Position numbers and translations under genes: made by a program. Shown here one piece after another: positions 17,027 through 23,603 of a stretch of 40,000 nt of DNA. The notes under the pieces were generated by a model, which was not told where the DNA came from, searched no databases, and worked only from the letters and a program-made list of their open reading frames with translations. This DNA is from an uncultured Rhodobium sp. (GTDB lineage: Bacteria; Pseudomonadota; Alphaproteobacteria; Rhizobiales; Rhodobiaceae), in NCBI GenBank assembly GCA_963675285.2, contig CAXXGS010000001.1, forward strand, positions 3,271,089 to 3,311,088. The letters run 5' to 3'. Numbering within the stretch: position 1 is the stretch's first letter; each line of letters begins with the position of its first letter.

Positions 17027-17986
17027 TCATCGCTTGTCGGTGAGGAATTTGCCGTCGACGCCGGCGGGGCCGTGCTTCTGGCGCCGCTTGTCGCCGTCGA
17101 GGCCGCCGTCGATCGCCCATTCGGCAAAGACCGTGGGCCCCGGCTCGAAGTCGCGCGGTTGCCAGGCGTCGGTCAGATAGTCTTCGTCGGCGTAATATTC
17201 GATTAGCGCGCCGGCGGGGTTCTTGAAGTACCAGAAGTAGGCGGAGGAAACGGGATGCCGGCCGGGGCCGAGCTGCGTTTCCCAGCCGAGGCGGGACATC
17301 GCCAGCCCGCCGCCGAAGACCTCGTGAATGTCGCGCACGGTGAAGGCGACGTGATTGAGCCCGCGCCGGCCGGCCGGCGTCTGCAGGAGGAAGAGGTCGT
17401 GGTGTCCTCCCTCGTCGGCGCATCGCATGAAGTGGCCGCGGTCGGGGTAGCGGTCGGAGAGGCGGAAGCCGAGCGCCTCGTAGAAGGCCGTCGTCTCGTC
17501 CAGCGCGTCGGTGAAGAACACCACGTGACCGACTTCGATCGGCGTCGCCCGCTCATAGACCGGCGAGGGTGCGTCGACGCGGGCCTGGTCTCCCCAGACG
17601 TTCGACGGGCTTCCCTTAACGTCAAGTTGGCGCTTGCGGCTGACCCTGAGGCCGATTCCGACGCCGTTCGGATCGACGGCGTGGAGCGTGCTGTCGTCTT
17701 CCCTGAAGGCGGGTGCCCGCGCAAGGACCGGGCGATATCGGTCAAGATCGGCGTTGGAGCCGACGCCCCAGACGACCTCGCGTAGCGTCGGTCCGTCCTC
17801 GACGGCGGGGGCAAGGCTCTCATCGTCAGGGAGGCGGACGGCGACCTCGCAGCCGTTCAGCGTCGAGAAGCGGAGGCCGGAGGCGTTCTCCTCCTCCAGC
17901 GTCAGGCCCCAGTCGAGGAAGAACCTGCGGCAGGTTGCCAGATCCTCCGCGCCGTAGGTGATCCTGTCGATACCGAGAACGCTCAT
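17027..17986 (-). CDS. Two-domain VOC-superfamily protein (type I extradiol dioxygenase-like)
   Basis: 319 aa. The candidate metal triad sits in the second domain, in the spacing seen in BphC-type enzymes: GHVVFF, LNHVAFTV, LIEYYADE. Confidence 0.75.
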   Translation of the reverse strand: MSVLGIDRITYGAEDLATCRRFFLDWGLTLEEENASGLRFSTLNGCEVAVRLPDDESLAPAVEDGPTLREVVWGVGSNADLDRYRPVLARAPAFREDDSTLHAVDPNGVGIGLRVSRKRQLDVKGSPSNVWGDQARVDAPSPVYERATPIEVGHVVFFTDALDETTAFYEALGFRLSDRYPDRGHFMRCADEGGHHDLFLLQTPAGRRGLNHVAFTVRDIHEVFGGGLAMSRLGWETQLGPGRHPVSSAYFWYFKNPAGALIEYYADEDYLTDAWQPRDFEPGPTVFAEWAIDGGLDGDKRRQKHGPAGVDGKFLTDKR

Positions 17987-17998
17987 GGCAATGTCTCC

Positions 17999-18985
17999 CT
18001 AGAGGTCCAGGACCAGTTTCTCGCCCTTGCAGCGCGAGACGCAGATCATCATGGTGGCGTTCGCGTCCTGCTCGGCGCGGCTGAGGACGGAATCGCGATG
18101 GTCGGGTATCCCGTCGATCACGGCGGTTTCGCAGGTGCCGCAGATACCGTCCTCGCAGGAGGACTGCACGGCGACGCCGGCCTCGGCGAGGACGGCGAGG
18201 ATGCTGCGGTCGGCGGGCACTTCCAGGGTGCGCTTGCTGCGGGCGAGTTCGACGGTGAAGGCGGTGTCCGCGCCGTCCGTCTCGATCACCTTTGGGGTGA
18301 AATATTCGACGTGGACGCGCGTTTCGTCGAAGCCGGCGGCCGCCTCCTCGAAGGTGGCCAGCATGCCGGCCGGGCCGCAACAATAGAAATGCGTGCCCTC
18401 GGGATGGCCGCTCAGCATGGCGGTGACATTCGCCGGCCGTCCGGCCTCGGCGTCGACGTGGAGGGCGACGGGGATGCCGAGCGCCTCCATCTCGTGAAGA
18501 AAGGCGGCGCGGTCGCGGTCGCGGACAGCGTAGTGGAACTCGAACGGCCGGCCGCGCTCTTTCAGCCGGCGCGCCATGCACAGCATCGGTGTGATGCCGA
18601 TGCCACCGGCAATGAACACGACCTTTTCGGCATCCTCGACGAGGGGGAAATGGTTGCGCGGCGCTTCGATGTCGATGAGGTCGCCGACACGCAGTTTTGT
18701 GTGCACGTAGGACGAACCGCCGCGGCTCTTGGCGTCGTGGCCGACGCCGACGACATAGCGGTCGGTGCGTTCCGGCGCGCCGGCGAGCGAATAGCTGCGT
18801 GTGATGCCGTTCGGCAGGTGCAGGTCGACATGGGCGCCGGGTTCGAAGGCAGGCAGCGCCTCGCCGTTCGGGCGGCGCAGGTCCACCGCGAGAACGCCTT
18901 CCGCAGCAAACGTCATGGCATGGACGCGGACCTGGATCGGCCCGTCGCCGGGCGACGTGGTGCCGGGAGATGTGGTGCCGGTCAT
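17999..18985 (-). CDS. PDR/VanB-type oxygenase reductase (flavin + NAD(P)H + plant-type [2Fe-2S])
   Basis: 328 aa, taken from the ATG at 18985 (ATGA overlap with the RidA stop). Motifs: flavin RSYSL, NAD GGIGITPM, and C-terminal CEDGICGTCET...ICVSRC, the ferredoxin Cys set. Confidence 0.85.
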   Translation of the reverse strand: MTGTTSPGTTSPGDGPIQVRVHAMTFAAEGVLAVDLRRPNGEALPAFEPGAHVDLHLPNGITRSYSLAGAPERTDRYVVGVGHDAKSRGGSSYVHTKLRVGDLIDIEAPRNHFPLVEDAEKVVFIAGGIGITPMLCMARRLKERGRPFEFHYAVRDRDRAAFLHEMEALGIPVALHVDAEAGRPANVTAMLSGHPEGTHFYCCGPAGMLATFEEAAAGFDETRVHVEYFTPKVIETDGADTAFTVELARSKRTLEVPADRSILAVLAEAGVAVQSSCEDGICGTCETAVIDGIPDHRDSVLSRAEQDANATMMICVSRCKGEKLVLDL

Positions 18986-19404
18986 GCGGATGCTCCCGAA
19001 GCGTGGAGGTCGACGTCGAGATTGGCGTAGGCGTCGACCTCGACGAGGAGGCCGGGAAAGGCGAAACCGGACACCTCGACGAGGGTTGAGCAGGGATAGA
19101 TATCGCGGAAGGCGGCCTTTCTCGCGGCATTGACGCCGGCCTTGCGGGCGATGTCCGTGACATAGATGACGAGGCGGTAGATGTTGCCGTCGTGGCCGCC
19201 CGCCGCTTTCAATTGCGCCTTGATGCGGGCAAAGACGGCGAGCGTCTGCGCCTCCATGTCGTCGCCGCCGACCGCCGCGCCGTCGTGGCCGCGCGCGGTA
19301 ACGCCGGAAAACACCACCTCGCGGCCGACAACGAGACACGTCGACCAGGAGGCGCCGGCGGGCTCGGGCACGTCCGGCGTCGCGATCTTTTTCACCGGTA
19401 TCAC
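18982..19404 (-). CDS. RidA/YjgF-family protein (imine/enamine deaminase fold)
   Basis: 140 aa, if started at the GTG (complement of 19402-19404), which lies 7 nt after AGGAG. No in-frame ATG is available. The sequence VIPVKKIATPDVPEPAGASWSTCLVVGREVVFSGVTA...YPCSTLVEVSGFAFPGLLVEVDAYA is typical of the family. Confidence 0.75.
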   Translation of the reverse strand: MIPVKKIATPDVPEPAGASWSTCLVVGREVVFSGVTARGHDGAAVGGDDMEAQTLAVFARIKAQLKAAGGHDGNIYRLVIYVTDIARKAGVNAARKAAFRDIYPCSTLVEVSGFAFPGLLVEVDAYANLDVDLHASGASA

Positions 19405-19415
19405 GGCATTGCTCC

Positions 19416-20468
19416 TCAGGAGGCCGCGATTTCGGCGGCGAGCTGTTCCTGGGCGAGCCCTTTCAGGCGCCGGCGCAGGCGGACGAGGCCCATGTCGTGC
19501 TGGTAGAGGATCTCGCGGTCCCGGGCGTTCGGATCCATGTCTTCCAGGAGCGCGCGGTCCTGCTCCAGGACATGCCAGTGGCGGCCCTCGAGGCGGTTCT
19601 TGTAGAGGAAGCGCCAGGTGTCGCGTTGCCAGCCGGCGACCTTGCGACAACGCCAGTGGAAGATCGCCGCCATCGTCGGGCTGATCGGCGTGTACATGCC
19701 GATGATGTGGAAATTGCCGCCCGGGCCGCCGGTCTTGGGGTAGGGAATTTCGAGACGCAGCCAGTGGATGCCGGTCTCGCCCCATTCGGTCCAGTCGAAG
19801 TTGACGTTGCGCTGGCCTTCCTTCTCGAAGATGAAGCCGGTTTCGGTCTCGCGCACGCCGAATTTCGCCGTGGTGTCGCCGAAATTCATCGAATGGGACT
19901 GCTTGTGGAGGAAGGTCCCATGCATGGGATCCATGACGTTATCGTAAACGTAGCGGTAGTCGCCGGCCCATTCCGCGTAGCACAGGAATGAACTGAATTC
20001 GGCCGACTCCATTTCCTCGGGAAGCGTGAAAGGTGCCGGATCCGGGTTCGGCGTCTTGTCGTCGCCGACGTAAGCAAAGATCGTCTCGTTGCGCTCAACC
20101 ACGGGAAAGGTGCGCACCGCGCGCGCGCCTTCCAGCTTGCAGCCGGGGCTTCCCGGCACCGAGACGGCGATGCCGTCCTCGTTGACCTGGACGCCGTGGT
20201 AGCCGCAGGCGATGCGGTCGTCCATGACGATGCCGCGCGACAGCGGCGCGCCTCGATGGGGACAGAAGTCCTCCAGGATATTCACCGTGCCGTCGAGCTT
20301 GCGCCACAACACCATGCGGTAGCCGAGGCGGTTGAGCGAGACCGGCTTGCCGGTCACGAAGGTCGACGGACAGATCGGCCACCACATGTTCCTGAGGCCG
20401 ATCGTGAGGCGTTCCTCGATGGCGTCCTCGGTGACGGCCTTTCTGGCCTCGGTGTTGACATCCAGCAT
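19416..20468 (-). CDS. Rieske [2Fe-2S] non-haem-iron oxygenase, alpha subunit only (class IA-like)
   Basis: 350 aa. The Rieske motif is CPHRGAPLSRGIVMDDRIACGYHG. The mononuclear iron motif is DNVMDPMHGTFLH (D-x2-H-x4-H). No beta-subunit or ferredoxin gene is adjacent. Confidence 0.9.
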   Translation of the reverse strand: MLDVNTEARKAVTEDAIEERLTIGLRNMWWPICPSTFVTGKPVSLNRLGYRMVLWRKLDGTVNILEDFCPHRGAPLSRGIVMDDRIACGYHGVQVNEDGIAVSVPGSPGCKLEGARAVRTFPVVERNETIFAYVGDDKTPNPDPAPFTLPEEMESAEFSSFLCYAEWAGDYRYVYDNVMDPMHGTFLHKQSHSMNFGDTTAKFGVRETETGFIFEKEGQRNVNFDWTEWGETGIHWLRLEIPYPKTGGPGGNFHIIGMYTPISPTMAAIFHWRCRKVAGWQRDTWRFLYKNRLEGRHWHVLEQDRALLEDMDPNARDREILYQHDMGLVRLRRRLKGLAQEQLAAEIAAS

Positions 20469-20497
20469 GTCTCTTCCCCCTTACGGTCGACGGCGCC

Positions 20498-20725
20498 TCA
20501 GGCGCCCAGCCGCCTGATTTCCTCGATGTAGAGTTCCGCGGTCCACACCTGTCCGCGCGGTGCCGGCACGGCCTGTTCGTTGAGGCTGGCGACGAGGCCG
20601 TCGAGCGTGTCGATGCCGGCCGCGAAGCTCTTCTCAATGGCGTCGCCGAGAAGGTTCTCGTAGTCGGACGGCTCGGCGTCGCGGGTCTGGTGGACTTCCA
20701 GGTACTGGCTGTGCGGCTTCATCAT
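20498..20725 (-). CDS. Small protein (75 aa) with a recombinase-like helix-turn-helix C-terminus; function unknown
   Basis: MMKPHSQYLEVHQTRDAEPSDYENLLGDAIEKSFAAGIDTLDGLVASLNEQAVPAPRGQVWTAELYIEEIRRLGA. The ATG overlaps the upstream stop (ATGATGA at 20719-20725). The gene ends 29 nt before the Rieske gene. It contains no Cys. Confidence 0.55.
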   Translation of the reverse strand: MMKPHSQYLEVHQTRDAEPSDYENLLGDAIEKSFAAGIDTLDGLVASLNEQAVPAPRGQVWTAELYIEEIRRLGA

Positions 20726-21054
20726 TTTCCCCCTTTGCGGACACGCTCGCGGATCATGTCGCGAACGGGCACGAAGTCGTAGGTCGGGTAGCATTCGGTG
20801 CGGAATACACCCCAGGCGGAGCGTTCCAGTTCCACATTGACGACGTTGAGCTTGGAGGGAGGCAGGCGGAGCGTGACGATCTGGCCGAGGCCCATGGCGA
20901 CGGTCCAGGAGACGATTTCGACGCCCTCGGGCGGGAAGCGTTCCCACCAGTCGGCGTCCTTCAGCCTGGTTTGAACCGCGTCGAGGTTGTTCGACTGATC
21001 GTGCTTCAGGAACACGGTCAGGAGCATCGTCTCCTGGTCTTGCGTGTCCATCAT
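20722..21054 (-). CDS. Small protein (110 aa), first ORF of the operon; function unknown (small alpha+beta protein, possibly DUF3303-like)
   Basis: MMDTQDQETMLLTVFLKHDQSNNLDAVQTRLKDADWWERFPPEGVEIVSWTVAMGLGQIVTLRLPPSKLNVVNVELERSAWGVFRTECYPTYDFVPVRDMIRERVRKGGK. High third-position GC in this frame supports coding. The upstream 84 codons of the track ORF run through the AT-rich promoter and were discarded. Confidence 0.55.
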   Translation of the reverse strand: MMDTQDQETMLLTVFLKHDQSNNLDAVQTRLKDADWWERFPPEGVEIVSWTVAMGLGQIVTLRLPPSKLNVVNVELERSAWGVFRTECYPTYDFVPVRDMIRERVRKGGK

Positions 21055-21085
21055 TGCCGTTCCCGTGTGCTCTGTATTTGTGCTT

Positions 21086-21109
21086 ACTTGTTTTATATAT
21101 GAAACAAGT
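21086..21109. promoter_or_regulatory. 24-bp near-perfect palindrome ACTTGTTTtATATATgAAACAAGT, a candidate operator overlapping the operon promoter
   Basis: Read directly. It has perfect 8-bp arms, a palindromic ATATAT core and one mismatched pair. It lies 32-55 nt upstream of the ATG at 21054, inside the only AT-rich stretch of the region. On the minus strand, TTGTTC-N17-TCATAT/TATATA is a possible -35/-10 pair. Confidence 0.45.
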
Positions 21110-21347
21110 GTTCTTATATGAACAATATTACGCAGCCTGTGCGGATCTGTAAAGGTCGATTCGCGTGCGTTGGTGCGAATCGAGGGAAAAGGCGGCATCG
21201 GCTCCGGCCCGTTTCCTTCCCTCACGACGGAAAAACCGCGCCTGGGAAAGTCGGATGCGCTCCGTCGATGCAGTGACGAAGCCCCGGCATGCATTAGCGT
21301 GAACATCGGAATTTTATGCCGCTACCGGACGCCTGCTGCGGACGGCG

Positions 21348-21998
21348 TCAGGCCTCGCCCTTGCCCGGCAGATCGGGCCGTGTCGCGGCGAAGGTCGGGC
21401 GGCCGGATACCCGGGAAAGCCAACGATCGAGCTTCTCATAGCCCTGCAGCATCCGTATGCCTTGCGGTGCCATGGCGAAGGAGGCGAGCATCGGCGCCAA
21501 GTGGATATCGGCGAGCGTCAGTGTTTGCCCAAGGAGAAACGGCTCGCCGGACGCCAGTGCGTCGAGGGCCTTGAGTACCCTTGGTGCAGCCTTCATCCCG
21601 GCCGTCATTTCTGCGGCGACGGTCGGTTCTCCGGCGGCCGGCCGGAAGACGGCATGGGAAAAGACCTGCCGGACCAGCGGCCAGTAGGCATAGGCATCGG
21701 CGATGGCGATGATCTGGTTCAGGCGGGCGCGGCGGCGGGGATCGGCCGGCTGCAGCGCGGGTCCGGGAAAGGCCTCGTCGAGATACCGCAGAATCGGTCC
21801 GGTCTCGTAGAGGGCGAATCCGTCGTGGACGAGAACGGGCACTCTGGCGAAGGGGTGAAGGTCGGCATGGGCCTCAGGCCTCGTCAGAGCGAAGGGATCG
21901 ATCTCCCGCCATTCGCAGGAAAGCGCCTTTTCCGCCATAAGAAAGCGAACGATCCAGCAATAGACACTGAAACGATAGCCGTGCAGAACGAGGGTCAT
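21348..21998 (-). CDS. Glutathione S-transferase family protein
   Basis: 216 aa. The N-terminal thioredoxin-like domain is LHGYRFSVYCWIVRFLMAEKALSCEWREID...ARVPVLVHDGFALYETGPILRYLDE. The C-terminal helical domain carries LTLADIHLAP. Confidence 0.85.
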   Translation of the reverse strand: MTLVLHGYRFSVYCWIVRFLMAEKALSCEWREIDPFALTRPEAHADLHPFARVPVLVHDGFALYETGPILRYLDEAFPGPALQPADPRRRARLNQIIAIADAYAYWPLVRQVFSHAVFRPAAGEPTVAAEMTAGMKAAPRVLKALDALASGEPFLLGQTLTLADIHLAPMLASFAMAPQGIRMLQGYEKLDRWLSRVSGRPTFAATRPDLPGKGEA

Positions 21999-22225
21999 CC
22001 TGTGCCGCCTCCGCCCGCTCTTCGATCATGATGGCCCGCCGACGTCTCCGGAGCTTGAGTGTCAGGGATCGGGAAAGCAAGACCAACGGCACGGTTTGCG
22101 CAGCCCGTTTTCCTCATCGATCCTCTCACCGCCAGCGATCTATGTCTCCCGCCCCGCCCCGCCCGGCCCCGCCCTTACCCCACGCGGCGATCGCCGATAT
22201 CTAAGGCGGGGCCGCCGGCTTTCCC

Positions 22226-22257
22226 GGGACTCGGCGATGGCGGGACTCGGCGATGGC
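22226..22257. repeat. Tandem duplication of a 16-mer, GGGACTCGGCGATGGC x2 (plus a partial third copy, GGGAC)
   Basis: Read directly: 22226-22241 and 22242-22257 are identical. Confidence 0.9.
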
Positions 22258-22663
22258 GGGACCGGGAACGCATCGACCGGGCGAGGCAATGCTCCGGACG
22301 ATCCACCTCCGTCGTTGGATGCGCGCACGAGCGTTCGACGCGGAGCGGGACACCGCGAGAGACAGCACGACACATGATCATGACAATCCGCCACATTCTG
22401 ATCACATGTGTCGGCGTAATTACCGCCTTCCGGTCGCCGGGGCGATGATCCGGCCCGCCCTGGAAAGGCCTTCACCTTTCCCTTCCCTTCAGACGGGAGA
22501 GGCGGCATGGTTCCCAAACGGTCCATTTCCCGTCTCCCGCAACACCCTCTTCCCAACGGTCGGGCGGGAGGAGTAGAAGACGGTGCGACACGGCGTCAAT
22601 CCGCGTCGTTACTGCATCTATCGTAAGGAAATTCAATGTCTGGGACGATTGGCCCTTTGTGCC

Positions 22664-22708
22664 GTTAAACTCTTTCGTAACTCTTTTTTGAGGTAAACTC
22701 TTTGTAAC
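22664..22708 (+). promoter_or_regulatory. Direct repeat TAAACTCTTT(C)GTAAC x2, upstream of the IalB gene
   Basis: GTTAAACTCTTTCGTAAC (22664-22681) and GGTAAACTCTTTGTAAC (22692-22708) are 28 bp apart centre to centre. They lie 54-98 nt upstream of the ATG at 22762. The second copy reads GTAA-N7-GTAAC, close to the CtrA box TTAA-N7-TTAAC. Confidence 0.35.
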
Positions 22709-22761
22709 GAGCCGGACATGACGTCCATCATTTCAACACCAAGCGAAGCGGTATCTCCATC

Positions 22762-23268
22762 ATGCACGCACGCACGCTAGTCACGGCCTTCCTTCTCCTC
22801 GCCGGAACCGTCAGCGGCGCGCTGGCTCAGTCGCCGACCCTGATCTCTCAGCAGCAGGACTGGGCGGCTTATTCCTATGCCGGAAGCAAGGGAAAGGTGT
22901 GCTACGCCCTTTCCAAGCCGAAGAAGCTGGAGCCGGCCGACCGTAACCACGGAGACGTGTTCTTCTTCGTCAGCAATCGCCCCGGCGAAGGCGTGAACAA
23001 CGAGCCGAGCCTGATCGTCGGCTATCCCTTCCGGGACGGATCGTCTGTCAGCGTTGATATCGACGGCAAGGCCTTCACCATGTTCACCAAGGGCGACGGG
23101 GCCTGGGTGGAGAACGCCGCGCAGGAAGCCAGCCTCGTGGCGGCGATGAAGGCCGGATCCAACATGACCGTCTCCGGCACATCCAGCCGCGGCACCAACA
23201 CGCGCTATTCGTTTTCGCTGTCCGGTGTCACGGCGGCGATCGGACTGGCCGACAAGGAATGCCGCTAG
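22762..23268 (+). CDS. Invasion-associated locus B (IalB) family periplasmic protein
   Basis: 168 aa. The signal peptide is MHARTLVTAFLLLAGTVSGALAQ. The pattern ...QDWAAYSY...KVCYALSKP...DVFFFVSNRP...SLIVGYPF...MTVSGTSSRGTNTRYSFSLSGVTAAI matches my memory of the IalB domain. Confidence 0.8.
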   Translation: MHARTLVTAFLLLAGTVSGALAQSPTLISQQQDWAAYSYAGSKGKVCYALSKPKKLEPADRNHGDVFFFVSNRPGEGVNNEPSLIVGYPFRDGSSVSVDIDGKAFTMFTKGDGAWVENAAQEASLVAAMKAGSNMTVSGTSSRGTNTRYSFSLSGVTAAIGLADKECR

Positions 23269-23350
23269 ACGGCAATTGAGCGGGCGGGAACGCCGGCCAG
23301 CGGGATGATCGGCAAACGGAGCGCGGCTCCGTGATGGCCGTTTTCGCTGC

Positions 23351-23386
23351 CACCAGAACTCGCGCCAGAACTCGCGCCAGAACTCG
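23351..23386. repeat. 12-bp tandem repeat x3 (CaCCAGAACTCG, CGCCAGAACTCG, CGCCAGAACTCG, then partial CGCa)
   Basis: Read directly. It is intergenic, between the IalB gene and rlmN. Confidence 0.9.
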
Positions 23387-23603
23387 CGCATGACCGGGGG
23401 CTCGCACAAGATCCCGCGGCGCGCTATATAGGGACGCGAGAAACGTCCCTTGCGACGAGCGCTCGGTTTGTGGCCGGCGCTCGTTTCGCGTTTGCGGGAC
23501 CCCCGTTTGCGGAAGCGGGAAGCCGGGCCGGATAGGCGGCACGACGTCCCCAGCGCCGGAAACACGCGCTGAAACATGCCCGGAAAGAAGACAGGTCATC
23601 ACC

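Noticed and set aside
15106-19785. Very long N-terminal extensions of track ORFs 15106-16815, 16185-17423, 17999-19339 and 18982-19785. The same applies to 7743-9656, 8543-10447, 11000-12034, 20498-20947 and 20722-21306.
   Set aside because: The extensions run through the upstream gene in another frame and are Arg/Pro-rich. The family-typical N-termini (a signal peptide, MTNTVLEF before Walker A, the Rossmann motif and so on) begin at internal start codons that sit at or near the upstream stop. I trimmed the coordinates accordingly.
20498-20725. The recombinase-like HTH protein, considered as a sign of a mobile element or integrase.
   Set aside because: Only a ~30-aa DNA-binding-like segment is present. 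There is no serine-recombinase catalytic domain, and no flanking inverted or direct repeats, tRNA target or other mobility genes. It is embedded in the catabolic operon by an overlapping start codon.
22059-22576. ORFs of 76-138 aa in the GST-IalB spacer (22059-22448 +, 22096-22377 +, 22253-22576 +, 22140-22556 -, 22175-22405 -).
   Set aside because: They overlap one another in several frames. Their third-position GC is only moderate compared with the real genes here. Their products are Pro/Arg/Ser-rich with no motif or sensible RBS. I treat the region as non-coding (see the finding on this spacer), although a decayed pseudogene cannot be excluded without a BLASTX search.
22226-23386. Tandem repeats (16-mer x2 at 22226-22257, 12-mer x3 at 23351-23386), considered as a possible CRISPR array.
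   Set aside because: The repeats are contiguous with no spacers, far shorter than CRISPR repeats, present in only 2-3 copies, and have no cas genes nearby.
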